DNA from: Parcubacteria group bacterium
Lineage (GTDB): Bacteria; Patescibacteriota; Minisyncoccia; Phycocordibacterales; UBA2100
Direction: 5' to 3'
Length of the DNA stretch: 64,000 nt
Assembly (NCBI GenBank): GCA_943358385.1
Contig: CALRGX010000001.1
Coordinates: 2,380 to 66,379 of the forward strand
The first letter of the stretch is position 1. The number at the start of each line of letters is the position of its first letter. Positions 19,389-27,018 of the stretch are shown in pieces. Both the position numbers and the translations under genes were made by a program. The notes under the pieces are model-generated. The model made no database searches. It saw only the letters and a program-made list of their open reading frames with translations, and was not told where the DNA came from.

Positions 19389-19612
19389 ACGAGAAAAGTG
19401 TGGCTATTTTGTATAAGGCCAAATACGACGCCCCACTGAAGGGAGATCGTCCCAGAATCGCTGGCTTTTGTCTCGGCCTGAGGCCTAACAAAAGACCTTG
19501 CGTTCTTGGACGGCGCCTCGGATGTTTTGCTCATGGTGCTCGCAAAACATATCCTGCGACGCTTCGATTCTCCACGGAAAGTGCGTAGGCACTTTCCTCT
19601 GCGCCGACTGCT

Positions 19613-19650
19613 ACAAAACTAAAGCTGCCTTGTAGGCAGCTTTAGTTTTG
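19613..19650 (-). terminator. terminator hairpin downstream of tRNA-Gly(GCC)
   Basis: aaaactaaagctgcc-ttgt-aggcagctttagtttt, a perfect 15-bp stem. Confidence 0.6.
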
Positions 19651-19654
19651 GCAG

Positions 19655-19725
19655 TGCGGGCAGGGAGAATCGAACTCCCGACTCATCCTTGGCAAGGACG
19701 TGTTATACCACTTAACCATGCCCGC
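19655..19725 (-). tRNA. tRNA-Gly (anticodon GCC)
   Basis: Reverse-strand fold: acceptor GCGGGCA/TGCCCGC, D-arm GTTA-AGTGGTA-TAAC, anticodon stem CGTCC/GGATG with loop TTGCCAA, T-arm GGGAG-TTCGATT-CTCCC. Confidence 0.8.
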
Positions 19726-19810
19726 AGCCCCCGCATATTCTCACACTATGCGGAGCTGTTCAACTCCATACCGGTGTATTCTCACACAAAGAACGGTGTT
19801 TGGCCCATCC

Positions 19811-20935
19811 CTACCTCGAGATTTCTTCCCGAGTGTCTTTGAAGAACGTAGGCGCAAATAGCGTTGCTAAGGTAATCAGTGTCACCATGATGGGAAACCA
19901 CTGGTTACTTCGGCATGAATCAAACGCAAACCAGAGGCCCAATAGGAGCGCGAATGGGACAAAAAGGGCAAGGGTGAAACGCCACCCGTTGCCCTGCAGA
20001 AGCGCAACTAAGAGGTTGATGACAAGGAGTGAGGCGACAATCTGAGCTATAAGTAGCACGGTCCACCACGACGTTGCCCAGCCACACTTCCCTACTTTCC
20101 CAGGCACTAAGGCGCCTGCCGCGTCTACGGGTACACCGCACTCTTTCGTAGGAGAAGTCACGACTGCCCTGCCGTCGCTTATACCTATAACGCGGTATGC
20201 GTACTGTGTTCCCGCGGTTACGCGTGTATCAACAAAGGTGAAGACTTTGCCGGAGACACTACCCAAACGTGTGAACGATGCGCCAGTGGCTGCCCGCTCG
20301 ATGGCGAATTCGCTCGATACTTTTGTCGGGGCGCTCCAGGAAAGTTCTACTTCTGCAGGAGCGCAAGACACTTCGAGGTCTATAGAAGCGCTGCCCGTTG
20401 TGCTCGGCATCATTGCGTTTGGTTGCGATGTGTTGCCGCCAGTCGTTGAGGGCGAGACTTGCGCTCCCGGCTTAGTTGATGGGCCAGTATATTCCACTGG
20501 CACAATCGCCGGTGTAACTGCACCCTGAGAGGCAGCGGGCAAGGTCACCAAGAAAGTTTGTGAGCTCAAGCAGCCCGTTCGGGAGAGTACTTGAACGTGG
20601 ATCGGCACACTTCCTGAAAGTGCATACCATCCTGGTACGTCAACGTGGACCTTTTGCGTAGATGTACCAGAAATCCAAACTGATGTGTAATTAGGAGTCA
20701 GCTCGATGTTTCCAACCGTAGTCTTAAGTATTGTTCCTGGAAGCCCACTGTGGAAGTAGTCGAACGAGTGAAGTTGCCCCTCATACACATAAGGGACAAA
20801 CCCAACAATCTCAGAAGGAATACATTGCGCAGAGACCGGTGTCTGTGCGTGCGCCTGATCCACTGGTGAGAAGACCAGAAACATGAGAAAGGCGATACCG
20901 AGCAAAGCCTTGAACGTGCTTTTTGCAGAGTGCAT
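19811..20935 (-). CDS. secreted/membrane-anchored protein with fibronectin-III-like region
   Basis: Signal peptide (MHSAKSTFKALLGIAFLMFLVFSPVDQAHA), Thr/Ser-rich linker, an FN3-like block (TQYAYRVIGISDGRAVVTSP) and two C-terminal TM helices. Confidence 0.55.
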   Translation of the reverse strand: MHSAKSTFKALLGIAFLMFLVFSPVDQAHAQTPVSAQCIPSEIVGFVPYVYEGQLHSFDYFHSGLPGTILKTTVGNIELTPNYTSVWISGTSTQKVHVDVPGWYALSGSVPIHVQVLSRTGCLSSQTFLVTLPAASQGAVTPAIVPVEYTGPSTKPGAQVSPSTTGGNTSQPNAMMPSTTGSASIDLEVSCAPAEVELSWSAPTKVSSEFAIERAATGASFTRLGSVSGKVFTFVDTRVTAGTQYAYRVIGISDGRAVVTSPTKECGVPVDAAGALVPGKVGKCGWATSWWTVLLIAQIVASLLVINLLVALLQGNGWRFTLALFVPFALLLGLWFAFDSCRSNQWFPIMVTLITLATLFAPTFFKDTREEISR

Positions 20936-21191
20936 AAATCGAGTGTACTGAATTAGTAAATTGAAGCGTGACGTCACCTCCCCCCTTTCGGGCAGGTGCT
21001 AGGGCCTTTTTAAGAGTCATGAACTGGGAAAGGCGCTATCTTTTGAGCAAAGGGGCTGGGTCAACAAGAATGTTGCTGTGGCTGTTCTATCACGGCGACC
21101 TACTTGCAGTCAAATCATTTTCTTGGCTTAAAATATAGCGATAATAGGGTTACGTCCTTGTGAACCGGAGACCTATAAAATAAGAGACGTG

Positions 21192-21226
21192 TGGATAAAC
21201 CCTGTGGACATGTGGATTAATCGGAC
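21192..21226 (+). promoter_or_regulatory. cluster of three DnaA-box-like sites
   Basis: tgtggataa is the exact reverse complement of TTATCCACA. tgtggacat and tgtggatta follow in tandem within 35 bp, inside a 390-bp divergent intergenic region. Confidence 0.4.
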
Positions 21227-21282
21227 AAATCTTGTCCCTTTTGGGTACAGACGGAGATACAGACCAATATGTTTCTTAGAAA

Positions 21283-21663
21283 CGTTTCACGTGAAAGCTT
21301 GGCTCGATTTTCCATTGTTTTCACATGAAACGAAACAAGGTGGCGGTCGAGTATAATAGAAACAAATCTATGTCTAAGAGAGAAACCAAGCATATTGGCG
21401 ATCTGGGCGAATCAATTGCTTGCAAATTTTTATTGCAGAAGGGTTACAAAATAGTAGAGCGCAATTTCCGTATTAAAGCGGGGGAGATTGATATTATTGC
21501 CAAGAAGGGCCCAAGGATTCATTTTGTTGAGGTTAAAGCAGTTTCACGTGAAAGTGCCCATTCGGCAGCAAAGACGCACGACCATAGACCAGAAGAGCTG
21601 GTTCATTCAAAAAAGGTACGCAAAATAAGAGCAGTAGCTGAATTCTATCTAGTTTCACGTGAA
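21283..21663. promoter_or_regulatory. four copies of the palindrome GTTTCACGTGAAA(C/G/T) around and inside yraN
   Basis: Perfect 13-mers at about 21285, 21541 and 21651, plus the variant ttttcacatgaaac at about 21313 overlapping the -35 region of a TATAAT (21352-21357) promoter. Confidence 0.45.
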
Positions 21664-21762
21664 ATCAGTTTATCCGCACAGATCGATGTAGTTGCTGTCG
21701 AGATCGAAAAAAGCGCGCAGAGAGCCTCCTGCAGGCTTATAGAGCACGCTGAGTGGTTATAA
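21370..21762 (+). CDS. yraN: YraN-family (UPF0102) endonuclease-like protein
   Basis: GESIACKFLLQKGYKIVERNFRIKAGEIDIIAKKGPRIHFVEVKA matches the YraN/UPF0102 core. Start set at MSKRETKH after a TATAAT box. Confidence 0.75.
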   Translation: MSKRETKHIGDLGESIACKFLLQKGYKIVERNFRIKAGEIDIIAKKGPRIHFVEVKAVSRESAHSAAKTHDHRPEELVHSKKVRKIRAVAEFYLVSREISLSAQIDVVAVEIEKSAQRASCRLIEHAEWL

Positions 21763-21839
21763 AGGACACTAGTTCTTCGAATGTCCTTTAGACAAAATAC
21801 CCACACATGGTATATTTCCACAGCCGGTGCGCAGGTAAT

Positions 21840-21910
21840 CGGGGCGTAGTATACCGGTAGTACGTCTGGTTTGGGACCAGATAGACCGAGTTCGATTCTC
21901 GGCGCCCCGA
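21840..21910 (+). tRNA. tRNA-Pro (anticodon TGG)
   Basis: Acceptor CGGGGCG/CGCCCCG, D-arm GTAT-ACCGGTA-GTAC, anticodon stem TCTGG/CCAGA with loop TTTGGGA, T-arm CCGAG-TTCGATT-CTCGG, discriminator A. Confidence 0.8.
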
Positions 21911-22150
21911 CACGAAATAGAGCGATTGAAAATAAGTCAGTGCTGCCGAGCGTACTGTCTAGCATGCTGGGTTCCCGGGGTTTGCTACGAGAACGTCGCT
22001 AGTAACAGGTAAAAGGACCATCCTGAATGCAAGATTTTGTGAGGCTTAAGGCCGAACTCAAAACCTGGAATTCTGGCAATTCTCTGCAGCCAGACAAAAT
22101 TCAGGTACGTCTTATCCAATTGCTTTACCAAATCTCGGCCTAATATAGAG

Positions 22151-23945
22151 ATGCGTATGTCTACACACGACAGCAATCCTAAGAAACTTGTTTGGCACGA
22201 CTTGCTCCAGGCAGCTCGCGTGTTGTTTTTGTTTATTGCTGAGAGTCGAGCTCAGGCTTGGGCGCTTCTTTTGCTAGGCATGCTCTCTGCGGTCCTTGGC
22301 GCAGTAGTGCCCTATGCAGTAGGTAGTTTTGTGGACGGGCTTATATCACTTTCCACAGCTACTCCAGTATCTTGGCATTTTCCACTCGCGCTTTGGTTCA
22401 GCGTCACATCGTTTTCAGCACTGGTTGATTGGATTTTGGGCCTTCGTGCGACCAAATTAGGAAACCACATCTATTCGACTTCTGCTCATCGTTGGTATGG
22501 CTACCTACTCGGGCTACCGATTAGTTTTCATAAAGAGCAAAAGGGAGGGGAGACCTTAAACAAGATAAGCCGCTCTAGCGGCTACGCATCGCAGTTGGTC
22601 GACAACATCCTCTTGAATACCGGGCCGCAGATTCTCAGTATGTTTATTGGCATCGGTTTTGCGCTGTATCTGCAGCCTGTTTTAGCGGCGATTATTACTT
22701 TCGGGATGATGGTGTATGCAACCGTTTCAATACGAGCCGCACTGCCTTTGGCGCAACTACAGTTGGCGAATAACAAAGCATGGCATGAGGCTTACGGTGA
22801 CACGTATGATCTGTTGGGGAGTATCCATGCGGTCAAACAGTCGACCGCTGAAAAATTTGCGGACAAAAAGATATACGACGGCTTTGTGCTCAAGGCGGGT
22901 GTTGCCTCGAATGCTTCTGAAATGATATGGGTAAAGATTCGTTTTTTCCAACGACTTTCCGTCGTTTTTACACAACTCGCTGTATTTATTGGGTCGGTCT
23001 GGTTTGTGATGCAGGGGGAACTTTCGGTAGGCGCCTTGGTTGCCCTGAATGGATATAGCGCCATGGTGTTTGGACCATTGGCCAGCCTTGCCATGAATTG
23101 GAACACTATTCAGAACGGTTTAACGAGTATCTACGAAGTACAGGGAATCATGAGTCGCGCGCAAGAGGCGTACGACCGACCTGGAGCAGTTACGGTACAG
23201 AATGGCGCCGTTTCCTTTGAGCGTGTCTCCTTTGCCTACCCAGATGCACCTGATCGACAGATTCTCAAAGATGTATCTTTTACCATCACGGATGGGGAAA
23301 CAGTGGCGTTTGTAGGAGAGTCTGGGGTGGGGAAGAGCACCGTCATTGAACTTATTGGTGGTTACTACTACCCAACCAGTGGGAAAGTGCTGGTGGGCGA
23401 TGTGCCTACGGATGCAGTTTCTTTGAGCAACTTGCGCGATCTGATAGCGGTAGTCCCTCAGGAGCCGGTCTTGTTGAACGACACGGTGCTGAGTAATATC
23501 CGCTTTGGCAGGCAATCGGCGAGCGATGAGGAGGTGATCGACGCTGCAAAACAAGCGTATGCTCACGATTTTATCGACTCATTTCCTGAAAAGTATCAGC
23601 AGCTGGTTGGAGAGCGAGGCGTCAAATTGTCTGTAGGACAAAAGCAGCGCATTGCGATAGCGCGTGCGGTGCTGCGGAATCCTCGAATTTTGATTCTCGA
23701 TGAGCCCACTTCGGCGCTGGATGCTAAAACCGAGTCTCAAATAACCACATCCCTCGAGCACCTTATGAAAGGGAGAACGACTATCATTATCGCGCACCGA
23801 CTCTCCACTGTGCGAAAAGCTTCAAACATAATCGTTTTTGATGGCGGTGCAGTGGTTGAACAGGGGGGCGCACCAACAGCTCATGGCGAAAGAAGACGGA
23901 GTCTATAAAAAGCTGTATGAGTATCAGATAGGGCATCATAGCTAA
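22151..23945 (+). CDS. ABC transporter, fused permease/ATPase (MsbA-like exporter); C-terminus frameshifted at a G6 run
   Basis: Six-TM N-terminal domain, Walker A GESGVGKST, signature LSVGQKQR, Walker B ILILDE and H-loop IIAHRL. The tracked ORF stops at 23908. Removing one G from gggggg at 23863-23868 restores the canonical tail ...VEQGAHQQLMAKEDGVYKKLYEYQ ending at 23945. Confidence 0.8.
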
Positions 23946-23967
23946 GGCGTTGTGCTATTCTCTCTGC

Positions 23968-24888
23968 ATGTCACTGCGATACCGATTCAAATCTAAAGAA
24001 GATGCCACGTTCAGGGAAGTGGAGGATTTTTGTGCTGGCGTTTGGATCGAGGTGGTCGCACCTACCGAAGAGGATGTGCAACTCTTGGTTGCGAAGCATG
24101 GTTTGGAAGAAGGGCACTTGCGCGATGCTCAAGACTTTTTCGAGGCTCCGCGACTCGAACTTGAGGAAGGTACCTCATATTTCTTCACACGTTTTCCTGC
24201 CCAAATCGAAGGAGAGACTACCACTGCGCCGATTTTGATTGCTATCGGAGACGACTTCGTACTGACGGTCATGCACGAACGTTCTGAGTGGGTTGATAAA
24301 ATGACACAACGCGTTGATGTGTATACCACGCAAAAAGCTAAATTCTTCCTGCACATCATTGCTGCTATTGAAAGGGAATACACCCGTGTATTTACAGGAG
24401 TGAGAAGGGAAGTGCGTCGGGCAAGACTTACTGTGCGCGATGTATCCGAATCCGCTATCGAACAATCAGTCCAAATGGAGTATGCGCTGAACGAGTTCGT
24501 GAGTGCTTTGGTGCCTACAAACAGTGCGCTCCAGGCCATGACCTCGGGGAAGCATCTACAATTTTTCGAGGAAGATCTTGAGATGGTGGAAGATGTACAA
24601 CTGGCAAATGCGCAGTTGATTGAAAGTGCAAAAAACAGCTTAAAAACAATTCAGAACATTCGCACGGCGCATGCTGCTTTGGTCTCTAATCGACTTAATA
24701 AAGTCGTCCGCACGCTCACTGCGCTCACCATCCTACTTACCATCCCAACGATTATTGGCGCTTTCTACGGCATGAATATACCGCTCCCTCTTCAGACAAG
24801 CGTGTATGCGTTTCCTTTGGTGGTAGTCGCGACTCTCTGTGTGATGGGTGCCGTCGCACATCTGTTTGTGAGAAACCGGTGGCTCTAG
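23968..24888 (+). CDS. corA: CorA-family Mg2+/Co2+ transporter
   Basis: C-terminal two TM helices with FYGMNIPLP, the GMN signature. Confidence 0.8.
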   Translation: MSLRYRFKSKEDATFREVEDFCAGVWIEVVAPTEEDVQLLVAKHGLEEGHLRDAQDFFEAPRLELEEGTSYFFTRFPAQIEGETTTAPILIAIGDDFVLTVMHERSEWVDKMTQRVDVYTTQKAKFFLHIIAAIEREYTRVFTGVRREVRRARLTVRDVSESAIEQSVQMEYALNEFVSALVPTNSALQAMTSGKHLQFFEEDLEMVEDVQLANAQLIESAKNSLKTIQNIRTAHAALVSNRLNKVVRTLTALTILLTIPTIIGAFYGMNIPLPLQTSVYAFPLVVVATLCVMGAVAHLFVRNRWL

Positions 24889-24893
24889 CTGCA

Positions 24894-25988
24894 CTAAAGA
24901 CCTTGGAGGACTGCGGTAGTCAAGAGTGCTGCCAACATACGCCCTTTTGCTTCTCGATAGAGCGCAGAGCCAGTCCGAGGATCTGAGGTGAGGTGATATG
25001 ACAAATTTGAGCCGGTTTCTTGAATGAGGATCCGATCAATATGCGCCAATGTAAGGGCGCGCAAATCACGTTCGGCCGTTGTTTTGGCGTCACTCGAGGT
25101 GACAATGAGGCCAACCAACTTACCCCACGCATTTACTAATGCTCCGCCCGAGGAACCTTGTTGTGCGACTATGACACCACCCAATGACAGCAAATCAATG
25201 GTCTGGTCAGAGAACGTGTACAGCCGCTTGATGGTGGCGATGGTCGATATGAGAGAAAGGTCGTTGTATATGGTGATCGCACCGGCAAAGCCAGCTGGGT
25301 AACTTGCGGCCAGTGCTTTTTCTTCCGTGAGGATGACTCCATCGCGCGTGTCCGGTTCAATGTATGGCAATGGCAGAGAGAGGGGTGTGTCAATGGGTTC
25401 AAGTGCAATGAGCGCGAAATCGTACTCGCCGGTGCCTGTGGGGCGTGCAATGCGGATATCTTTTGCATGTTGTGCGAGCCATGTTTCGGAAATGTACAAC
25501 AGGCGGGGTTTCCATTGAGTTTTTGCAGGGGATCCTGTGCGCACGAAACACTCCATAGCAATGGGCGACGAATCCTGGAGGAGTATGTATTGTCCTATGT
25601 GCGCATTGGTGAGCACGATGCCCTTGCCATCAATTATGACGCCGCTGCCGCTCACAGGGTTGAGGTCATTTCCAGTGGCTGTGCAGAGTATGTTGACTAA
25701 GGCACTTCGGGCTTGAGTATTTACCGTCTCGAAAGAAAAGGGTGGAGTGGCATACATCGCCTCCTCTACTAGAACGGTCGTACTTTCTTCGGTGTTTTGA
25801 GGTGGTGCAGTTGCACGCAATTTTTCCGTGGGTGGTGTGGGTATGACCGTTGCAGCTGTCGCTGCGGCGGTATGCGTTTGCACCGCTTGGCGAGGGACGT
25901 AGTGAGTGTATGAACCCGTGCCCCATGGGTGGATGAGCGCTCCCATAAGTAGGGCTACAATAAAAGTAAGGAGGACACGTGCGTGCAT
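24894..25988 (-). CDS. trypsin-like (S1 family) serine protease, membrane-anchored
   Basis: Catalytic triad contexts TNAHI (His), DFALIAL (Asp) and GSSGGALVN (Ser), with an N-terminal signal/anchor. No PDZ domain seen. Confidence 0.7.
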   Translation of the reverse strand: MHARVLLTFIVALLMGALIHPWGTGSYTHYVPRQAVQTHTAAATAATVIPTPPTEKLRATAPPQNTEESTTVLVEEAMYATPPFSFETVNTQARSALVNILCTATGNDLNPVSGSGVIIDGKGIVLTNAHIGQYILLQDSSPIAMECFVRTGSPAKTQWKPRLLYISETWLAQHAKDIRIARPTGTGEYDFALIALEPIDTPLSLPLPYIEPDTRDGVILTEEKALAASYPAGFAGAITIYNDLSLISTIATIKRLYTFSDQTIDLLSLGGVIVAQQGSSGGALVNAWGKLVGLIVTSSDAKTTAERDLRALTLAHIDRILIQETGSNLSYHLTSDPRTGSALYREAKGRMLAALLTTAVLQGL

Positions 25989-26131
25989 GCTCGTATTATT
26001 GGCACAGACCGAAGACGAACGCAAAGAAGAGATGCTGATTCTCCTTGTGGAGATGAAAGACTTGACCATTTCAGAATGATTCATACAATACGACTGCCTG
26101 CATGCAGGTTTAGCAAATAATTCTTTGTGCT

Positions 26132-26284
26132 ATGGCGGATGACGACCGAGACCTACCAGAAAAAGAGGAAGAGATTGAGATACCAGAGATTGCTGCTGCT
26201 CTCCTTGGTGAAGAGGAAGTTCCCCTTGCTGACGAGGATGATCCTCTGATGGGCGATTTTGATGAGGAAGAAGATGACGAATAG
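26132..26284 (+). CDS. possible small highly acidic protein (50 aa)
   Basis: ATG-initiated ORF MADDDRDLPEKEEEIEIPEIAAALLGEEEVPLADEDDPLMGDFDEEEDDE, below the ORF-track size cutoff. A Ser-rich mirror ORF on the other strand was judged less likely. Confidence 0.3.
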   Translation: MADDDRDLPEKEEEIEIPEIAAALLGEEEVPLADEDDPLMGDFDEEEDDE

Positions 26285-26369
26285 AAAGAGATAAAACCAA
26301 AAAGAGGCCCGCCTGGGGCCCCTTTGGTTTTTGGCAAAGTGTAGTGTATTCTCTCTACACGTGCCATTT

Positions 26370-26440
26370 GCGGGGTTAGTTTAGTGGTAAAACGAGAGTT
26401 TTCCAAACTTTTGTCGGGAGTTCGATTCTCCCACCCCGCA
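26370..26440 (+). tRNA. tRNA-Gly (anticodon TCC)
   Basis: Acceptor GCGGGGT/ACCCCGC, D-arm GTTT-AGTGGTA-AAAC, anticodon stem AGAGT/ACTTT (one G-U pair) with loop TTTCCAA, T-arm GGGAG-TTCGATT-CTCCC, discriminator A. Confidence 0.75.
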
Positions 26441-26494
26441 CTGAAACAGGAAGCCCTACATGTATATGTAGGGCGACCTTGTTTCCGTAGCGAC

Positions 26495-26673
26495 GGGTGG
26501 AGAATCGAAAAGCGGAGCTCGAATGAATACCGAGCACAGCGAGGTAGAAAACGAGCGAGCTCGGCGTAGGTTTTCTTATATGCACGCTTTTAGAAAACCA
26601 AGTGCAAAGCTCAGGAACCACTTTCTCGAGTGCGAAGCTTGCGAGAGATTAGTGAGTTGCGCCGATTCTCCCA
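26495..26673 (+). repeat. tRNA-associated conserved noncoding module, copy B (downstream of tRNA-Gly-TCC)
   Basis: Antisense T-arm segment gggtggagaatcgaa, the same conserved core as copy A with a 45-nt hairpin insertion, then a direct repeat of the tRNA 3' portion (cgattctccca). It is followed by a strong terminator. Confidence 0.65.
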
Positions 26674-26675
26674 AT

Positions 26676-26710
26676 AAAACAAGGCGACAGCTCTGCTGTC
26701 GCCTTGTTTT
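26676..26710. terminator. bidirectional terminator
   Basis: aaaacaaggcgacagc-tct-gctgtcgccttgtttt, a perfect 13-bp stem flanked by A and T runs. Confidence 0.7.
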
Positions 26711-26727
26711 ATTGAGAAGACCTCTGC

Positions 26728-26832
26728 TTACGCAGCCGGTGTTTCTGCAGGAGCTTCTTTGTGGCAAGGGCACTCGCATGGGTCCATTTTGCAAGTTTCT
26801 GCTCCTTGGCAAGTGCACATTTTTTCGTCCAT
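26728..26832 (-). CDS. possible Cys-rich metallothionein-like peptide (34 aa)
   Basis: Minus-strand ORF MDEKMCTCQGAETCKMDPCECPCHKEAPAETPAA with 6 Cys and 1 His in 34 aa, below the ORF-track cutoff. No clear SD sequence. Confidence 0.3.
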   Translation of the reverse strand: MDEKMCTCQGAETCKMDPCECPCHKEAPAETPAA

Positions 26833-26966
26833 AATAGTCAGAAGATTTATTCAGCAACCTCCGAGAAGATTGCGCTGCTGATAATCATTCCGCCCGTTTG
26901 TACAAGCGTTCTGAAATTATACACATGAGTCTGAAGTTCATGAAAGGGGACCGCCCTTCTGTGTGG

Positions 26967-27003
26967 AAATCAAAACGACTGCCGGGGGCAGTCGTTTTGA
27001 TTT
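26967..27003 (-). terminator. terminator downstream of hup
   Basis: aaatcaaaacgactgcc-ggg-ggcagtcgttttgattt. Confidence 0.65.
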
Positions 27004-27018
27004 GTAGTGCAAGGATGC

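Noticed and set aside
19192-19395. Group I intron, T-box leader, permuted tmRNA or retron interpretation of the tRNA-linked module
   Set aside because: The insertion lies after a complete tRNA, not in the anticodon loop. No P/Q/R/S intron cores, T-box sequence, tmRNA tag-reading frame or adjacent reverse transcriptase are present. These remain unsupported.
19064-19534. ORFs 19064-19534(-), 19141-19491(-), 18991-19287(+) and 19361-19588(+) across the tRNA island
   Set aside because: They overlap two well-folded tRNAs and the repeated noncoding module. No frame is conserved between module copies A and B (ATG AAT ACC GAG TGA stops immediately in copy A).
21060-21330. Calling this region oriC
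   Set aside because: Only three DnaA-box-like sites are present, and no dnaA, dnaN or skew information is available from the window. It is reported as a regulatory cluster only.
21645-21965. 106-aa minus-strand ORF covering tRNA-Pro
   Set aside because: It overlaps a confidently folded tRNA and the yraN 3' end.
26110-26406. 98-aa Ser-rich minus-strand ORF
   Set aside because: It is a low-complexity mirror image of the acidic plus-strand ORF (GAA/GAG codons read as CTC/TTC) and runs into the tRNA-Gly gene.
26523-26857. ORFs 26523-26834(+) and 26576-26857(-) overlapping module copy B and the terminator
   Set aside because: They read through a 13-bp terminator hairpin and through sequence whose counterpart in copy A has an immediate stop. 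No start signals are present.
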